Translations under genes and position numbers: made by a program
From: Firmicutes bacterium ADurb.Bin080
GTDB lineage: Bacteria; Bacillota; Clostridia; Christensenellales; DTU072
Reading direction: 5' to 3'
NCBI GenBank assembly: GCA_002070965.1
Contig: MWEH01000138.1
Coordinates: forward strand, 20,499 to 84,498
Length of the DNA stretch: 64,000 bases
In this document: positions 47,601 to 48,705 of the stretch, in pieces
Numbering within the stretch: the stretch's first letter is position 1
How the letters are laid out: each line of letters opens with the position of its first letter
Notes under the pieces: generated by a model
What the model was told of the DNA's origin: nothing
The model's database searches: none
What the model saw: the letters and a program-made list of their open reading frames with translations, nothing else

Positions 47601-48693
47601 TACTATCTATGACATTATTATTAGAGGTAATCCTACAACGAAGCAGGCAGGATTATTTGGAGAACTAACTGGTGAAGTGTACGAATTGAACTTAGCTAGA
47701 GCGACAGTTAGCGCAGGTGAATCAACTTTTGCCGGTTCTATTGCGTCGAAAGTAATATCTGGAGGTATCATTTCTAACTCATCATTCCATGGTTCGATAT
47801 ATACGACTTATTCTGATTCTCAAACAGTAGGGGGTATTGCAGGTTTTGTACAAGATGCAACGGTATATAATGTGAAATCTGCGGGATATTCTTATCTCAA
47901 AGTGAATGGAGATATATTTGCAGGTGGTATCTTTGGACAAGTTGTGCAAGGAGATGGAGAGCAATGTGTGATTTTTGGAATGGAGTCCTTTATGGAATTT
48001 AATATCTCAAATCTTGATATAGAAACACCAATAACACAAGTAAGTGGATTGGTTGGACAATTGGATTCGGATACCTCAGTCAATGGTATAGAAGCTGGTA
48101 AATACTATTATTCTGATTCCGCACTAACAATTCAAATTGGAAGCCTAACTATTATTCATTCTGCAATATATATTAACGAAACTTATTCAACATTCTTAGG
48201 TGATGGAACGGATGGAGAGATTGGAGTTACTTACTATGTAAGTTCTACGGATCTTCCAACTAATGCCTTCTTGGAAAATGCTATAAATATTAACGGTGTT
48301 GTTATCGCCGAAAATGAGCCAGTACTACAGGGATATGCACTTACCTACGAGGAAATGATAGCTGATAATACAGATATACTTGGGATGGTCGAAGATTATA
48401 TATATAGGAGTTGCTATGTGGGCTTATTAAATGACGGGTCAATTGCTACCCCGTTTAATATATCAATATATAATCAGCTTTCTCTTGCAAGAGTGTATGG
48501 TTGGGCAAGCTTTAAATTATCTAGAAATGTTTTGATCCCATATAATTATGATCCAGAGTCTTTGGGCGAATGGTATTATGGAGAGGGGATTGACTTAAAT
48601 GGCAAAACAATATATTCCCCTAAGATTCAGGTTGAAACTCCGCTCTTTAATGTAACGACTACGCCTGTGCCATCCATAATATATGGGGAATAA
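14641..48693 (+). CDS. Giant (11,350 aa) N-terminally anchored surface fibre/adhesin: Listeria-Bacteroides-type repeats + about 100 MBG-like repeats + GLUG-like C-terminal region
   Basis: A single stop-free frame of 34,053 nt in an AT-rich genome, with only short antisense ORFs. A TTG start gives a basic N-terminus plus the hydrophobic helix YTILLIAPILMVLFVFLFTAS. The repeats are pervasive (see sub-features). The next gene's SD and ATG follow within 12 nt. Confidence 0.93.
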   Translation: MNCRKSIFKKTYTILLIAPILMVLFVFLFTASLQNVSDYESSLNIVAEAALYNSSVFNSTPLSVSDLGATQTILVDSAASDKVNINNAAKNKMGVQNEWGTTSWSRFEIDSNGRWILEGDGQDGKRVLVWARFQIDDDMINIRRSGSLYATLYSEYASIGTGDYLHTGIGKAGLTDSAISTSSTRDNTSAFLSSQQKPGWSAWWSTDNAMPVAAGTVTSDGSANDAYIYFFFYAVGGGNVAFGIENMRFVLSYQTGNAVKVNENHSKVGGITPSNIGSLGDAEYLKNATSGTYTDLGNSATNFSFDNYSDYYYMRSDEIVTGYRFAGWLETTSSSPPVADMDRADFTYNTTLASARTEIQSKITGFVAWHNGTSASGYNYLKIGRVAGSGNTRIIGGRNITAVYVPLQYEIRFTKTGTTEEYDQWVPSSILTNLRVNTITNGDSIFLGWKSNPGANAYVDEAAIVNLISCPEANINATDYFRCDVYIIMEAQWGNYSVGSASSITVASYAQVSRGDYVDYYYNVTLKDTTNNTLQGVYATYSSGPLSGKSVVLDKDPNPSYPNGYILPYVAGQATIHGDILRKIYTITYSYSGWTCSPTVEQQTLIAGVGKSFLDLPVPTKTDYIFEGWTYSGTLVRYNSLTGVTGNITLSVQGYEKKTTSYNTYTSSSGSTETPTSLDNNYWNRSLVGKEGAIQDSGMKVSIDGSDWIGFRDKGLVTDGDTSKYYRHASMYIPLEGDALKAYMLGATIKVSASADGIAAAKGRLGYWAEAETRIAVNSGYVLSSSSSFPDNSSSSIIKRQKGGSWGKSTGSKTTPNVTLSSPGFTIQVASRHSDEASSNTSYEAQSGWKNFTYTVAITNLPATYSVQLNGNNGTRAFPGNSSATSYTINVANTANFKANIPYNLFSRTNYFGDDTGWATSSGGSPSGTYCPGASIQMSSSQTIYTVWYEKGYTVASWDVLTGNNSGVAYRVRPPEYRKAGTDFTTSNVAASGLDYNGFTRSSTYGSRYVINDDGVSGDSAHNTGSTLTSILGSDADRTSENAYCLIWVMNAPTPVGSNYNGLYGHSVELDPLANVSLTSMPQGSSYKIASSVGAANGTGWKKGGGAYIATNPGFLYEHVESSAADSQTFNCTIWYSWTFNGKTLWSKTGEGTGLSSNITVNIQPIVLSLTKKTEPVGGYAYNGYDQITPYAIAAHSTQIVGSQADANSVFGTENSSSLSIFGATGKGLSMNYVYARDPFISVANDYPTTFRNAGTYTVNSATIKYFETSSENKNYVFRIAAGQSGNTGYNYVYSGTTYTRSLNDGTNSVIMQQAILDVSLFYATKTYSSNSPTKRLLTQDTIGQHSTLYWDIYIDGLLGADEANYNALLLAKLRRQGISGYTPSWAVAANDLTDPVKNNLDQNVQYKIALEIERFSSDYYVYDSGDPNDSYYATFSNNYVMVPVSGNSTIISIDKVGGGSVYAIVGTVPGSPDSDDPWFEIKEVVIDITWSNPGSLTYDGTLQGKVGTVAGLVDETNTSPVFFYFLDAFGDPKSLNGVSKSSNLITDLKAINAGEYSVTLYIEQTNYKLNSGQSVTWTISKRSLDVTQTKGYLSDSDSTFYASESTAIYENGKDYGYRYVFSNLITVGGVYDSVYFTRALYSTTGYASNNNAYNSTNASPYITYMTSKILGTNLDTTSANPSNIGSSTLLDSATAATLTQYLLAYNVGTYYTQIETPISNSRTETYYYVRTDGSWASNYYISNLASNYARSTFTITKRTLTLTWSANLNPTYNATYQDTMTFTVSGIQSGDELKISFTLPALIQLGTGSFTSVISDSPGGGSVSSNPTSIAGSYTTIAGVSNSTYKFRAINATSYNISFTGTAGTASSNYDYTTASKSFSVSPKTLSFSWTDNYNISGAYEYDGNYIGQTLSISGILSRGATLDSLTLGITLPVGVRIIEDTSSVDSDLINTVPTATAQTYTLNKSVQNTSGSLLYRFYAKNANVGSSIYSATIANLSGTHAANYTLTGSVTLSSSFVINPKDLTISISEPPGSLVYNGQLQGRTASVTGLVGTDSVILTVPSQGTSAGQYNYTGNSVLKPDYSYSGGVHNFLSTNAGIYRIVIFGINNTNYRPVNWLGTPITESVPLITDFGIEQRVIELSWGQTSFEYKSDDWTVSLPTISNKVGTDNVSLAWNDSAPTYIHIATNVGNYTARIASTVGGTAGGNYTLDGVTLTKAWEITPKALSFSYSAGSVTYNSVYQEGATITIGGIFVGDNVKLTINFPADVKMMIGSTAYLSPETTVSSGNVQTNALVGGSSGNVYSLMSKNAGTYTFSIATSALGGTDAGNYTITIAVNNSWTISTKEIDIIGWYVGTFIPGGANTAYVAHTSFTYDNTNKTVTAGYNIGATTSADKKVYTVDTISFLYNSGTHTNVQKNAATYSTTVTLSTGLPNNNYTLSSSNRTLSWKINQKLITLSFGEVYTTRVSAYNYTYDGNEQGISLTISGIASGDHIKLAKTVVGTLSVEGFTGSTVLANTSYNLTAKYVNYSSGVVPYQISITTMTDSNGNTGSSCNYYISGGLPVGQNFTIGQKTLTLSWLNPSEIEYTGETVTFPLPSITNLISGDTVSLSWNDASPTYVHTAITVGEYTARISSALSGTSANNYTLSGVTLTHAWEVIKRVISLSVSYSSALTYNTAWQTGGTITVTGLRGDDEIALNVYADANMKMLIAPGGVPGNSVIGNSSPTYFTPTTGSYSMISNLTSAAATETGDKYVLQALYGRASNYSFEISATLGGADAANYDCDGLLVSFAVSKKEIQISNWYTTWDYSTQTGTLYSSNSFTYDGAYHNVYPGYVGGATTSSDYKVYSSDLVVGNVLSFTYSGNPNSAKNAGSYTTTVALATSLPSSNYVLYTGAGNKNSLSWVIAQRVVQVSWAGDTSGATWVDLSGVLTTTYDALSHNIEATFVNKVTGDTLTPTYSGDRNITNAGVYSTTLSSLAGASSANYTLTGASGLTKSWEIEKRTATIGWSATTPVFTYNGDLQGLTVTFGNVISADVLVFEVTTTTNSDTITGTIVSGGSIVYSDPVFSITSTSGNTTTVATLKAKQYGTYQVTGIVLSGTPSSNYDLSGQSSTNSFTIGKRQITLNWTSSSPYIYRYGTEQGSSLQVSGIYPNASRAGGYDEIKFSLSITGTLTTNDLSTQPVLQNNYSYYFEAINAGTYSVVVSASLLGQDSQNYEVPAAALSRTSTFIINQKGIAVDSWYVNSFTPAGPNTAYVDHTSFTYNGVNQTIVAGYQDGGASDFDGKVYSPDTIAFVYTTGTNLNIQKNVATYSSTATMNSSTPSSNYYITSGATKEWKINPLAVNVSWTGDSLATWTYASGTFYVTYDSQAHNVIATISNRYGADVLTITYSGDVNKINAGTYSVSVSGVGNSNYTLTGGSGLSQGWEIEKRQLTATWDALSSAVYNGTEQGPNITISNIVTSDASTFTVAGSSASFNGSIVSGGGISGTYPSFTLTSATNASTLIAKFAAQNYGTYTAELALSAATALNYTIIGTLEKTWSITKKLISLVWTNNSPFTYNSSDQGVNLTVSGIYALDETVDRYIEFALTVVGTVTLLGSQLVSGNKKFVNGSYDLYGKNADSYSVLISATLGGPSAANYSLPSSEAGRRADFVINKKNVAITDWYVGSFDIDNPGSNVAYNASSFVYDNTDKTIVAGFSAGASLSSDGKVYNSDKNSIAFTYSPTNIRRNAGSYSSTVSMAVDSISSNYQVSSNGTKNWVIGQKTLTVSFAGSATYTYNGNAQGVTVSVSGIASGDTGVRLTVSNSVMDNVGFTSSTYLSNTNYVFSAKNTGSYYIDITAIVDSNGNTGASCNYTADLPFEHDWIINQLAVSLNWGVTEFEYNATTQGVSLPIISNLISPDIVTLSWNDSAPDYVHSATNKGIYTARLSGTLGGASAANYSISVGQLTKTWEITACLIHVSWGTTLFTYNGTKQGVEVTLGNIMEDDAVTFLVDITDGYLATTFYGVEFSGYLYDTANGRDTYKILFDEYYDGISTVDIINAAEYTAKLTGLSGTNGMNYEYRISDADYSDYTIESREVTLSFSEKYTVGSRISSYNYTYDGSLQGAVLTIGNIVSGELISFEMSFTGNSSKKYMDSAFSITHPSNIINGDGVGTSDTIGLAGKDYGTFVPGIMAVIDTNSNSSAVKGNYSLPSSGRSQSFYVQKRTVGITWPGITVLTYNGNIQSLVATATNVVSGDTVTFSYDNTLGLNEGRVLANSATNVDEYLASITGFVLNPASNYSLPVSGLTCNWQIDPRIVDLSWPAGVTFTYDGSAHEVKATISNVAGSDSVAVVYTESGTTVIEPTTYQNKSSATNANDYISIVSSLVNNELGNYRLPSDTGGVDPVEDALYDKLTKIWKVNKRTISFTFGSGSFIYDATARGINVTFSNLVATDTASNNIGLTVRVDSILSGGGTPYSVTTSGSTTSFVHPVQKTNADTYTIYVTGVTSTNYTLTPDSGAFTIEKATLTIEYEEVYTSGMRLSEYSYTYSKASQGAEVTVSGIYQTLGVYDAISVSVTYSIPGGTTTASLSNLGASTAVGTYSMIEARALQYSVSLDSVDNTNYKLGTNDERTWTISAKEISVDWNINGTPNPYLSAFSYNGASQGVVAVPSVTGVTAGTSGAGVYSGDTVSMVYTGTRTATNAGSYVVTANSSTSSPSSNYSLSLASKSKSWAIDPLVAELSWTGSSLGDWDGLSVVYDGNQHNVQVSVSNKCGTDSFTFSYSGDTNKTLANLGAASYNTEVTALGNANYTLVGSIGTDTDWYIEKRVVSVGWAGSTQYVYNGGSQGVTLTLGNIISADTVEFEVVTLITGSADTISCSITSGGSVDSDMLVPPTFTITNSVGSSSTVAVFRAKLYGTYEVDSITTTSNNNYTLSGEDIDFEWVIGKRKINITWAHIGSDPHIYNTTEMGVSMYITGLYANSERSGGYDEVIFSTQVSGALTTNDISSGVTILENNEEYYFKARNASSYSITILEALTGQDSLNYEINPTSTKTFGFTINRKSIDLIAGWFSGTWVYGGSNTSYSAFTYDNSNKVVSAGFTAGATNDSDGYVYTSDAASVEFDYSTGTNLNIQKNAGTYTSTATTKNSGISNNYSVSTNETLSGWVINKATLGINWTSSGSNYTYNGLDQGIQANISGIASSDSIKLTTSFNGPFTVQGFTSLSSITVNGSYSFKAKNAFYTLGALDEYEVSITAVTDANGNSSTGPNCNYSMSQTTGDFTIDKLPISLTWGTLSFEYDGLTNSVDLPGVSNLISGDTLTLSWDISSVHSAIDAGTYSAVVSATLNGASADNYTTGSVDLSENWFITKKTIAISWANDPTGTSAGGDYKYYYTGSLVGVIASVSGLVSGDSVTFDYSNIGYWAGVSRHNYGTFGTTSVSSVSPTWNYKSIDSAELTSPNYYAVSITGLNALATDESANYTISVVSTLTRSWEIYRKQLGISWDDYGTFDSLDTAIYDGEEHGKTLLVSGIVTGDILTVSYNSNGTLYTDPTLTSGVTEIANTEYDIYAVNVRVGAYSVTLNSLGGSSSGNYKLPSSGLSASFTINPLAVSISWETDTKVLQGAEAFVDFDTVYCGIERFVIASVSNAVSGDTVNYIYSGTRVATYASASDYTASITGLTGVDASNYTLTGATGSLTQDWSIARRTITLSLDYNDGDIRYDSTGVSVGVGTYDIEVIESNKVSGDTISYNASTFSDTLEGSYTTTQFVDVGRYYVKVNPILSSGVGLNYQLSSTDPLTFKILPRIISGASLEWLYYTYNSSTSTYSATSSYTWGDPKSFISSVTYHNFEIDGSGDSVLDTELTSGDVSIDVANYFGLCTCGLSATAFDTIASGKAFYTDQDLQNEAGTLTLSHEIEFVNSNYSTFIGDGTDGTLGLTYYVDSSDATLGVHRAHQWPANHNNPNAATLPTSGPQHAGKYWIILEISGVNSANYIFDNLDVGYSNLTYFYDDTDGDYLKFPQISPDTPVTPALPELTDSDPTLGTLKIRYVLTFTISQITTGFTPGTDPTEYQETFNGEGFDPSPTFTGIPDTDIIVEITEGINEPYTVSYANYKANGLRDSGKYRIDFYDMSAGGGSTDCDTANGTYTSVVYALVILPKVVFINSVGVYGTLTKVYDGTNTYTGWTSPSYISSALSKFNDGKFITGTDITLYSYYNSEKVATATNVTFALTGSDTANYLLHTSELLGDIGTGIDFYSDNTLLTLVDETTTSHDFNYLGENYGEFVGDGTDGTLGVTYYFDPADIDTSVYFGEFLSIVPSGKTFYSDNLLHTSVGTLSSAQIITYIDDVCCSFVGDGTDGTLGVTYYVATSDCTVTYSLDYPNVTSLSASITKRTLGVSWTQQTTYTYDSSPHTVEPTFTNIAARDVGNITPSVDGTTTATAAGEYEATVDGIEGAMAGNYLLPSTGLSQEWAIEKKLISLNWTDIGALIADSAVYNTTSFGKSLAVSGIVAGDDVYFTGSIEGTLSVSDLVFSLGVSGAVTNTSYSFSDANVGERVISISGLGTGGDSPNYELASSSADFEITKKNITITWDKDILSPSWNAYSVVYSKQLREVIPEYTSGATIDSDGYVYTADVSNLSLTPSLAEATDAGQYNASVVLAGSASMNYHISVGASQAWEITKKSISVSIESTDANPSNYLFTYDGQDHGVKITASGIISGDSVQFDYTYGAGVSLSGSNPYYALAKNTGNYSISVNDVVVGTMNYTLASSENENWTIEPRVITLSWSEDSLTYNGASQSITASITNMVVGDTLGLSYVNDATNRNSATHTGTYTAKIDAIIGVSATNYELPALITKVWEIVAKSLAFTWIDYNGASDTVIDVVYDKTYYGKTLSVSGIIGADVVTMTFSATENVSSTFTSGNQIANSTPYNFTAILARDAGYLVTITGVSNSNNDYSLPQTDISRTFTIQRKTVGVSFDYTTPFTYDRTNHTVEAEISLIEMGDTVTLSYDTTGALEEGKILKITAKNAGSYRSKIIALDGADSSNYKLPVSGTYQDWAIDPLVVTISWTETLSYVYNSYPVSIEATVTNKGDDTVALTLRNDGVFDGSRMQYYTAVNVGLYKAVITAVSNLNYTLTGVSANDLYRDWEITKADITNLSLTNKSVTYDGNSQSISVPYSVTQYGDPITVDYEITPCGGAASPGNSATNVHIYLGNPSYYIVTATVDAGANYNPITSADPLSANLTINQKVLVFEWGILGLLNLDYEVEYDGGSHGISLEISGIVGADVVIFTYSIEDTPDYDELTSGVTQISNSTEYDMTAINVGYYGRKVTLVSNTNYSLPANNAEYFEITPIVVDVDWTGVTVSYTYDGSAKTVQATVTGILVADLADVNPVYDDSGIPVDGVGGVGRIKHSIATNADEYISILTGLSGVKADNYTLPGNGLTKEWVINQLAVTVSWTGNATYVYNKTTRQVTATVINKVGGDNITLTYISSGTVIDNELNERTYSNSAVNVNLYRAEISDLGNDNYTLTGGVDVYFDWAITKASITNVSLKNVTVTYDALTHPITLSISGNPDRSVSENSYVTETQFGDAITISYTITPYGGSSVSGNSETNVHMYSGSPSYYVVNASVPASTNYDAFSVGANLTISQRVIQTVTVDGDKNVTYKGTEYSIDASKSDYTDLGAGVGHTITLTQKINGVDGNSAINAGIYTVVTTANVMNGIDINTNYQTLSVSSVLTINKAVAVNASDGSSIVYNSATVTYNGYLRFLNVNNSAAGDETSVSSSALSSLNIKPQGVDLSPEFDGDEVPLSYMYGLVLGSYVNVYNGVKDADIYYLELTVEDQNYITQTLTAVLTIEQKDLSDLDVNLYLVGYTATYNAQFRSLGVNTINETKYSADTSVALLAFDTGTVAYVYTQDPLGFAYEGTWNTFTNSIIKNAGTYYVKASVAGGANYISTEKAATVIINPATITGITLGGGGIFTYDGINKVLTVSGTTTQYSESVGVSYETIPSDYATSGIYNGARNAGYYVVYAYVNKLGDAGYNSNYNTLNLNSSLEITKATMWNASDVGGAFYYNNASMTYDSYTHFVNVMLTNVSGLSLNQVSSLAIAPSTNLLYNSDTANVIYKYNTLNNGTYPNNFSGTKNAGTYYLQATLNNSNYNDVILTATFTIDKYQTSANWTGTGSTYTYNGFDQKTSISASYTLLPNDGTTESLSLEYGYSTDSLGPFTGVIDFMNAGYYEVAAVGWNPNYDLSNTVKSLTMLKASIVRYLVDNSVSYNKTTRYISAGISDSVPDVSAYDSNNTSGISLLGSDTSTIYYYSQDPAGAYVIIDGEGVVYDPLSHDGMTRYSNFTGAFNAGIYSLRAVISAGYNYNVWDDTATLTISPVEILNISLSGYTGTYDGGEHSTTLVNTNGAGITQYGDEISVQYTMLPLDAVLSYGGLDLENRALSAGEYAVNAEITVSGGNYIDLELDAQISIAKATMYNLEDTSTDFYFNSEDDPLNPRCYDGLTHYINVMMTDVSGYSTVKVSSISVSPANNTSHVGDSASVEYYYSLVSGGPYLSVFNGQKNAGTYYLEAIISNSNYVEQSFEGTLILLPFEATVTWDGEDGEYTYSGFEQTNSISASYELVVADGGTDMPLNVDFSYSIDGVIPYASVENFKNAGYYKVSVSSPDPNYSFAMSITSHDLEMNKALILRYMLDNAVSFDNTYHFISAGTSASVVDTSTYENGTEVLNLLASDTASVVYTFTTDPLGFGYLGTWDPFNGAYNVGTYYLKGTIDAGYNYELWTETAILSVNIANISNITLSGLTVTYDGQVHVLIISGDETQHGLAVPVRYAMSPEDLENGGVLNGAKSAGSYTIYAYVNEEGLTGYNSNYNELLLNATLLIEKAQMYNNTDSSTNFYFTDESLTYDSYVYYINVVLTATAESLSTSNTTTLPVSPANATAFSGDQATVNYMYSLVSGGPYNSVFSGTKNSGTYYLEATMSNSNYISNVYTATLSISPLSRSLVWSGDLATYTYNGFDQIANIGVYYELVNNDIVLGDDENELDLSSSLKYSTVTGGPYSGVSTFLTAGYYLFEAAMDDPNYSFATETKEIRIFKADIELYFLSNNVTYNTQTHYISAGTSNSVVNTSPPEQISLFANDVATVTYTYTTDPLGFDYSGLWASFVGAVNAGIYYLKAEILSGDITNGYTNYNVWDNKQATLTINTATITGISLSGGGTYTYDGLVHEVSLTGSSTQYSESVPYLYSMVPTDTAIVYGGAVYENRAKSAGFYVISAVVNGSSQDGYNPNYKTLNLSSNLTIEKAVMYNFTDSSTQFYFLNENITYDGITYFINVKYTNISGLATSNITTLDIRPANSTTFAGDTALVEYWYTTTFGGAYNTTFNGVKNANTYYLKSILKNDNYIEQEYTATFVIDQFDATVVWEGFLDTYTYNGLDQIGSIGAYYTLVPADVSGGESHHFVNLSLEWSSSGNVGTYASIAAFMRAGYYIASVQSDNPNYNFVHGTPTQDLDKEIVINKANVNRFMVNNTLTYDGFTHYISVGPSSINPRDEYATSGTLLGADQATFTYKYKTDPNPLVDYIDDFSGKRDAGTFYLKAFLSITANDHGGSDNYISWPDVNNSESDIATLTIARRQLTISPTIDWSKIYDSTTNSPSFSASNFVVNELSEDESTTHTVTGSYDNKNVGTNKTIIFDIRVISTNEVSNNYYASSVNIGVITVHTLIATDPVEGWTMVYSGSNYFGAVTSFEETPIFHGIYDGDNLTVSAFFNTKNVSSADTINFSLSGTDQNNYYMSSINSGVSITKLDVDAFWADTELVYDGTVRSSTSYFNLVGNDRTIENDGKASLIVIFYSDVNHTPGNEISEYRNAGTYYALATINPLDQDLGAEPYVNNYNITISEAAVTCTIAPIAIDIDWYGIEGIEYVYNGEDLLISDIYGTITVVGTDVNIVGSATAELSLEVLKGGIQVYAIRNAGIYTLVAYLDYQYPGGVEMGINYDLGDNNKEVTIEKAEVTNVVFGDGTETLEDSFTYTDGIPYRYFAIPSGGSDYFSSVFATLYYEYDPAIELVVTYGGGDTTSVGVTGNNAIKNVGTGSYSISGNVIETENYLSWSGTIQVEVYKGDIEDDFFFEDNIITYVGQYVAIFVTNAEGTPNMEEGDVFYEDSTSPIIIYTYLVLDAMGGYVVVDDVVLVYDPIEHSGLDRYSYSAFTNTIARNAQKYYINALISESSNYFGWEGNAILEIEPLLSNVKWEFDNQPINNAVIQFNGYDQFEKVSAYIDAVGTDGTNNRISLDITSFSSQDLWSYIYGQGISDYEYNGGLADEFRIAGDYDASSYFDSNDIGAPRYYSQNYRLMNGTDNVTLTMQKYEVGINWYEMGTTDLYDPLTPYVYDGEEHGVDPIGYGLFEIPSGNTYYSDSGLSISVGTLTTEHIVVYINSTYSVFIGNGTDGVDGNTYYVSSSDCSEILIPIVLQSDRQTNAGEYTAQVNRILGGSVAEIVNPLAWSEGSVGSGYLFDYNYILPSESLGGTSRIMNWEILKRQLFLSMDDTASLYKYYDGSSLFSLGETTVVPTIETIEGIDVRDELRTTIAGDGYFDWLIENIVDGDELNINLTLQAIRAYYREIGFDDVEKSNIKANVINILFETFSNANYYLFDIESSQESGVTFEVDRSLTSTPLDPEVILKRPVSMVKSETAGHMYNGLGVDITYDSSSNTRIVTDTILFATMIDGITAFELNELYEGNYFVGRGYISGYDYTGLQAVSGVNAKDAGTYDIVIQAGLTSVDSESMENYDISISNEPLDGLYTITPREIKIYYNYDLQCFEEIAASNIRSVSVNSLGIPFDTVDLSEIEFNNLLTSDNVLTSSFSLTNSWTTDILTKSFYNRYVGSSDNPEELLYITIPDQRDRNNYSYNVPVLQITSIGLTNPSAGLSDYKFTVNDANDVSELGRDIEGLMYSKITYGVGLEAEFEYTQTNDIYAISGNTNSSTQTPSGFDGVYYGQGYTIYDIIIRGNPTTKQAGLFGELTGEVYELNLARATVSAGESTFAGSIASKVISGGIISNSSFHGSIYTTYSDSQTVGGIAGFVQDATVYNVKSAGYSYLKVNGDIFAGGIFGQVVQGDGEQCVIFGMESFMEFNISNLDIETPITQVSGLVGQLDSDTSVNGIEAGKYYYSDSALTIQIGSLTIIHSAIYINETYSTFLGDGTDGEIGVTYYVSSTDLPTNAFLENAININGVVIAENEPVLQGYALTYEEMIADNTDILGMVEDYIYRSCYVGLLNDGSIATPFNISIYNQLSLARVYGWASFKLSRNVLIPYNYDPESLGEWYYGEGIDLNGKTIYSPKIQVETPLFNVTTTPVPSIIYGE
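15560..17500 (+). other. N-terminal region with at least 4 Listeria-Bacteroides repeat-like (Flg_new-type) units
   Basis: Hallmark aromatic-GW motifs: GYRFAGW (about 15601), IFLGWKS (about 15972), DYIFEGW (about 16510), GDDTGWATS...TIYTVW (about 17380-17480). Confidence 0.55.
32266..32421 (+). repeat. Copy 1 of the 52-aa FYSD...GDGTDG...TYYV module
   Basis: GKAFYTDQDLQNEAGTLTLSHEIEFVNSNYSTFIGDGTDGTLGLTYYVDSSD. Confidence 0.85.
33340..33495 (+). repeat. Copy 2 of the 52-aa module
   Basis: GIDFYSDNTLLTLVDETTTSHDFNYLGENYGEFVGDGTDGTLGVTYYFDPAD. Confidence 0.85.
33544..33699 (+). repeat. Copy 3 of the 52-aa module
   Basis: GKTFYSDNLLHTSVGTLSSAQIITYIDDVCCSFVGDGTDGTLGVTYYVATSD. Confidence 0.85.
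38485..43480 (+). repeat. Higher-order repeat: 4 tandem units of about 1.24-1.27 kb (about 415 aa, four domains each)
   Basis: Unit starts (P/N-A-T/N-I-T/S-G/N-I-S/T-L) are at about 38485, 39740, 40978 and 42214. The internal landmark KA(T/Q/V)M(W/Y)N is at 38764, 40027, 41257 and 42508. Confidence 0.8.
45826..45981 (+). repeat. Copy 4 of the 52-aa module
   Basis: GNTYYSDSGLSISVGTLTTEHIVVYINSTYSVFIGNGTDGVDGNTYYVSSSD. Confidence 0.85.
47569..48090 (+). other. GLUG-motif-like region near the C-terminus of the giant protein
   Basis: Iterated G-hydrophobic-x-G motifs every 20-30 aa: AGLFGEL, FAGSIAS, VGGIAGFV, FAGGIFGQV, VSGLVGQL. They resemble GLUG repeats (GGLVG) of Gram-positive surface proteins. 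Confidence 0.5.
48097..48252 (+). repeat. Copy 5 of the 52-aa module
   Basis: GKYYYSDSALTIQIGSLTIIHSAIYINETYSTFLGDGTDGEIGVTYYVSSTD. Confidence 0.85.
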
Positions 48694-48705
48694 AATAGGA
48701 GAATT

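Noticed and set aside
14641-48693. The giant ORF as an assembly artefact or a fusion of several genes; also a search for LPXTG/sortase signals, internal start/SD sites and a DGR or invertible-promoter switch.
   Set aside because: The repeat units are strongly diverged at the nucleotide level; I saw no long near-identical stretches beyond about 47 nt, so collapse or chimerism is not suggested. The frame never breaks. No LPXTG-like motif followed by a hydrophobic tail was seen at the C-terminus. No reverse transcriptase or flanking inverted repeats were seen around 14455-14640. Only long reads can fully exclude misassembly.
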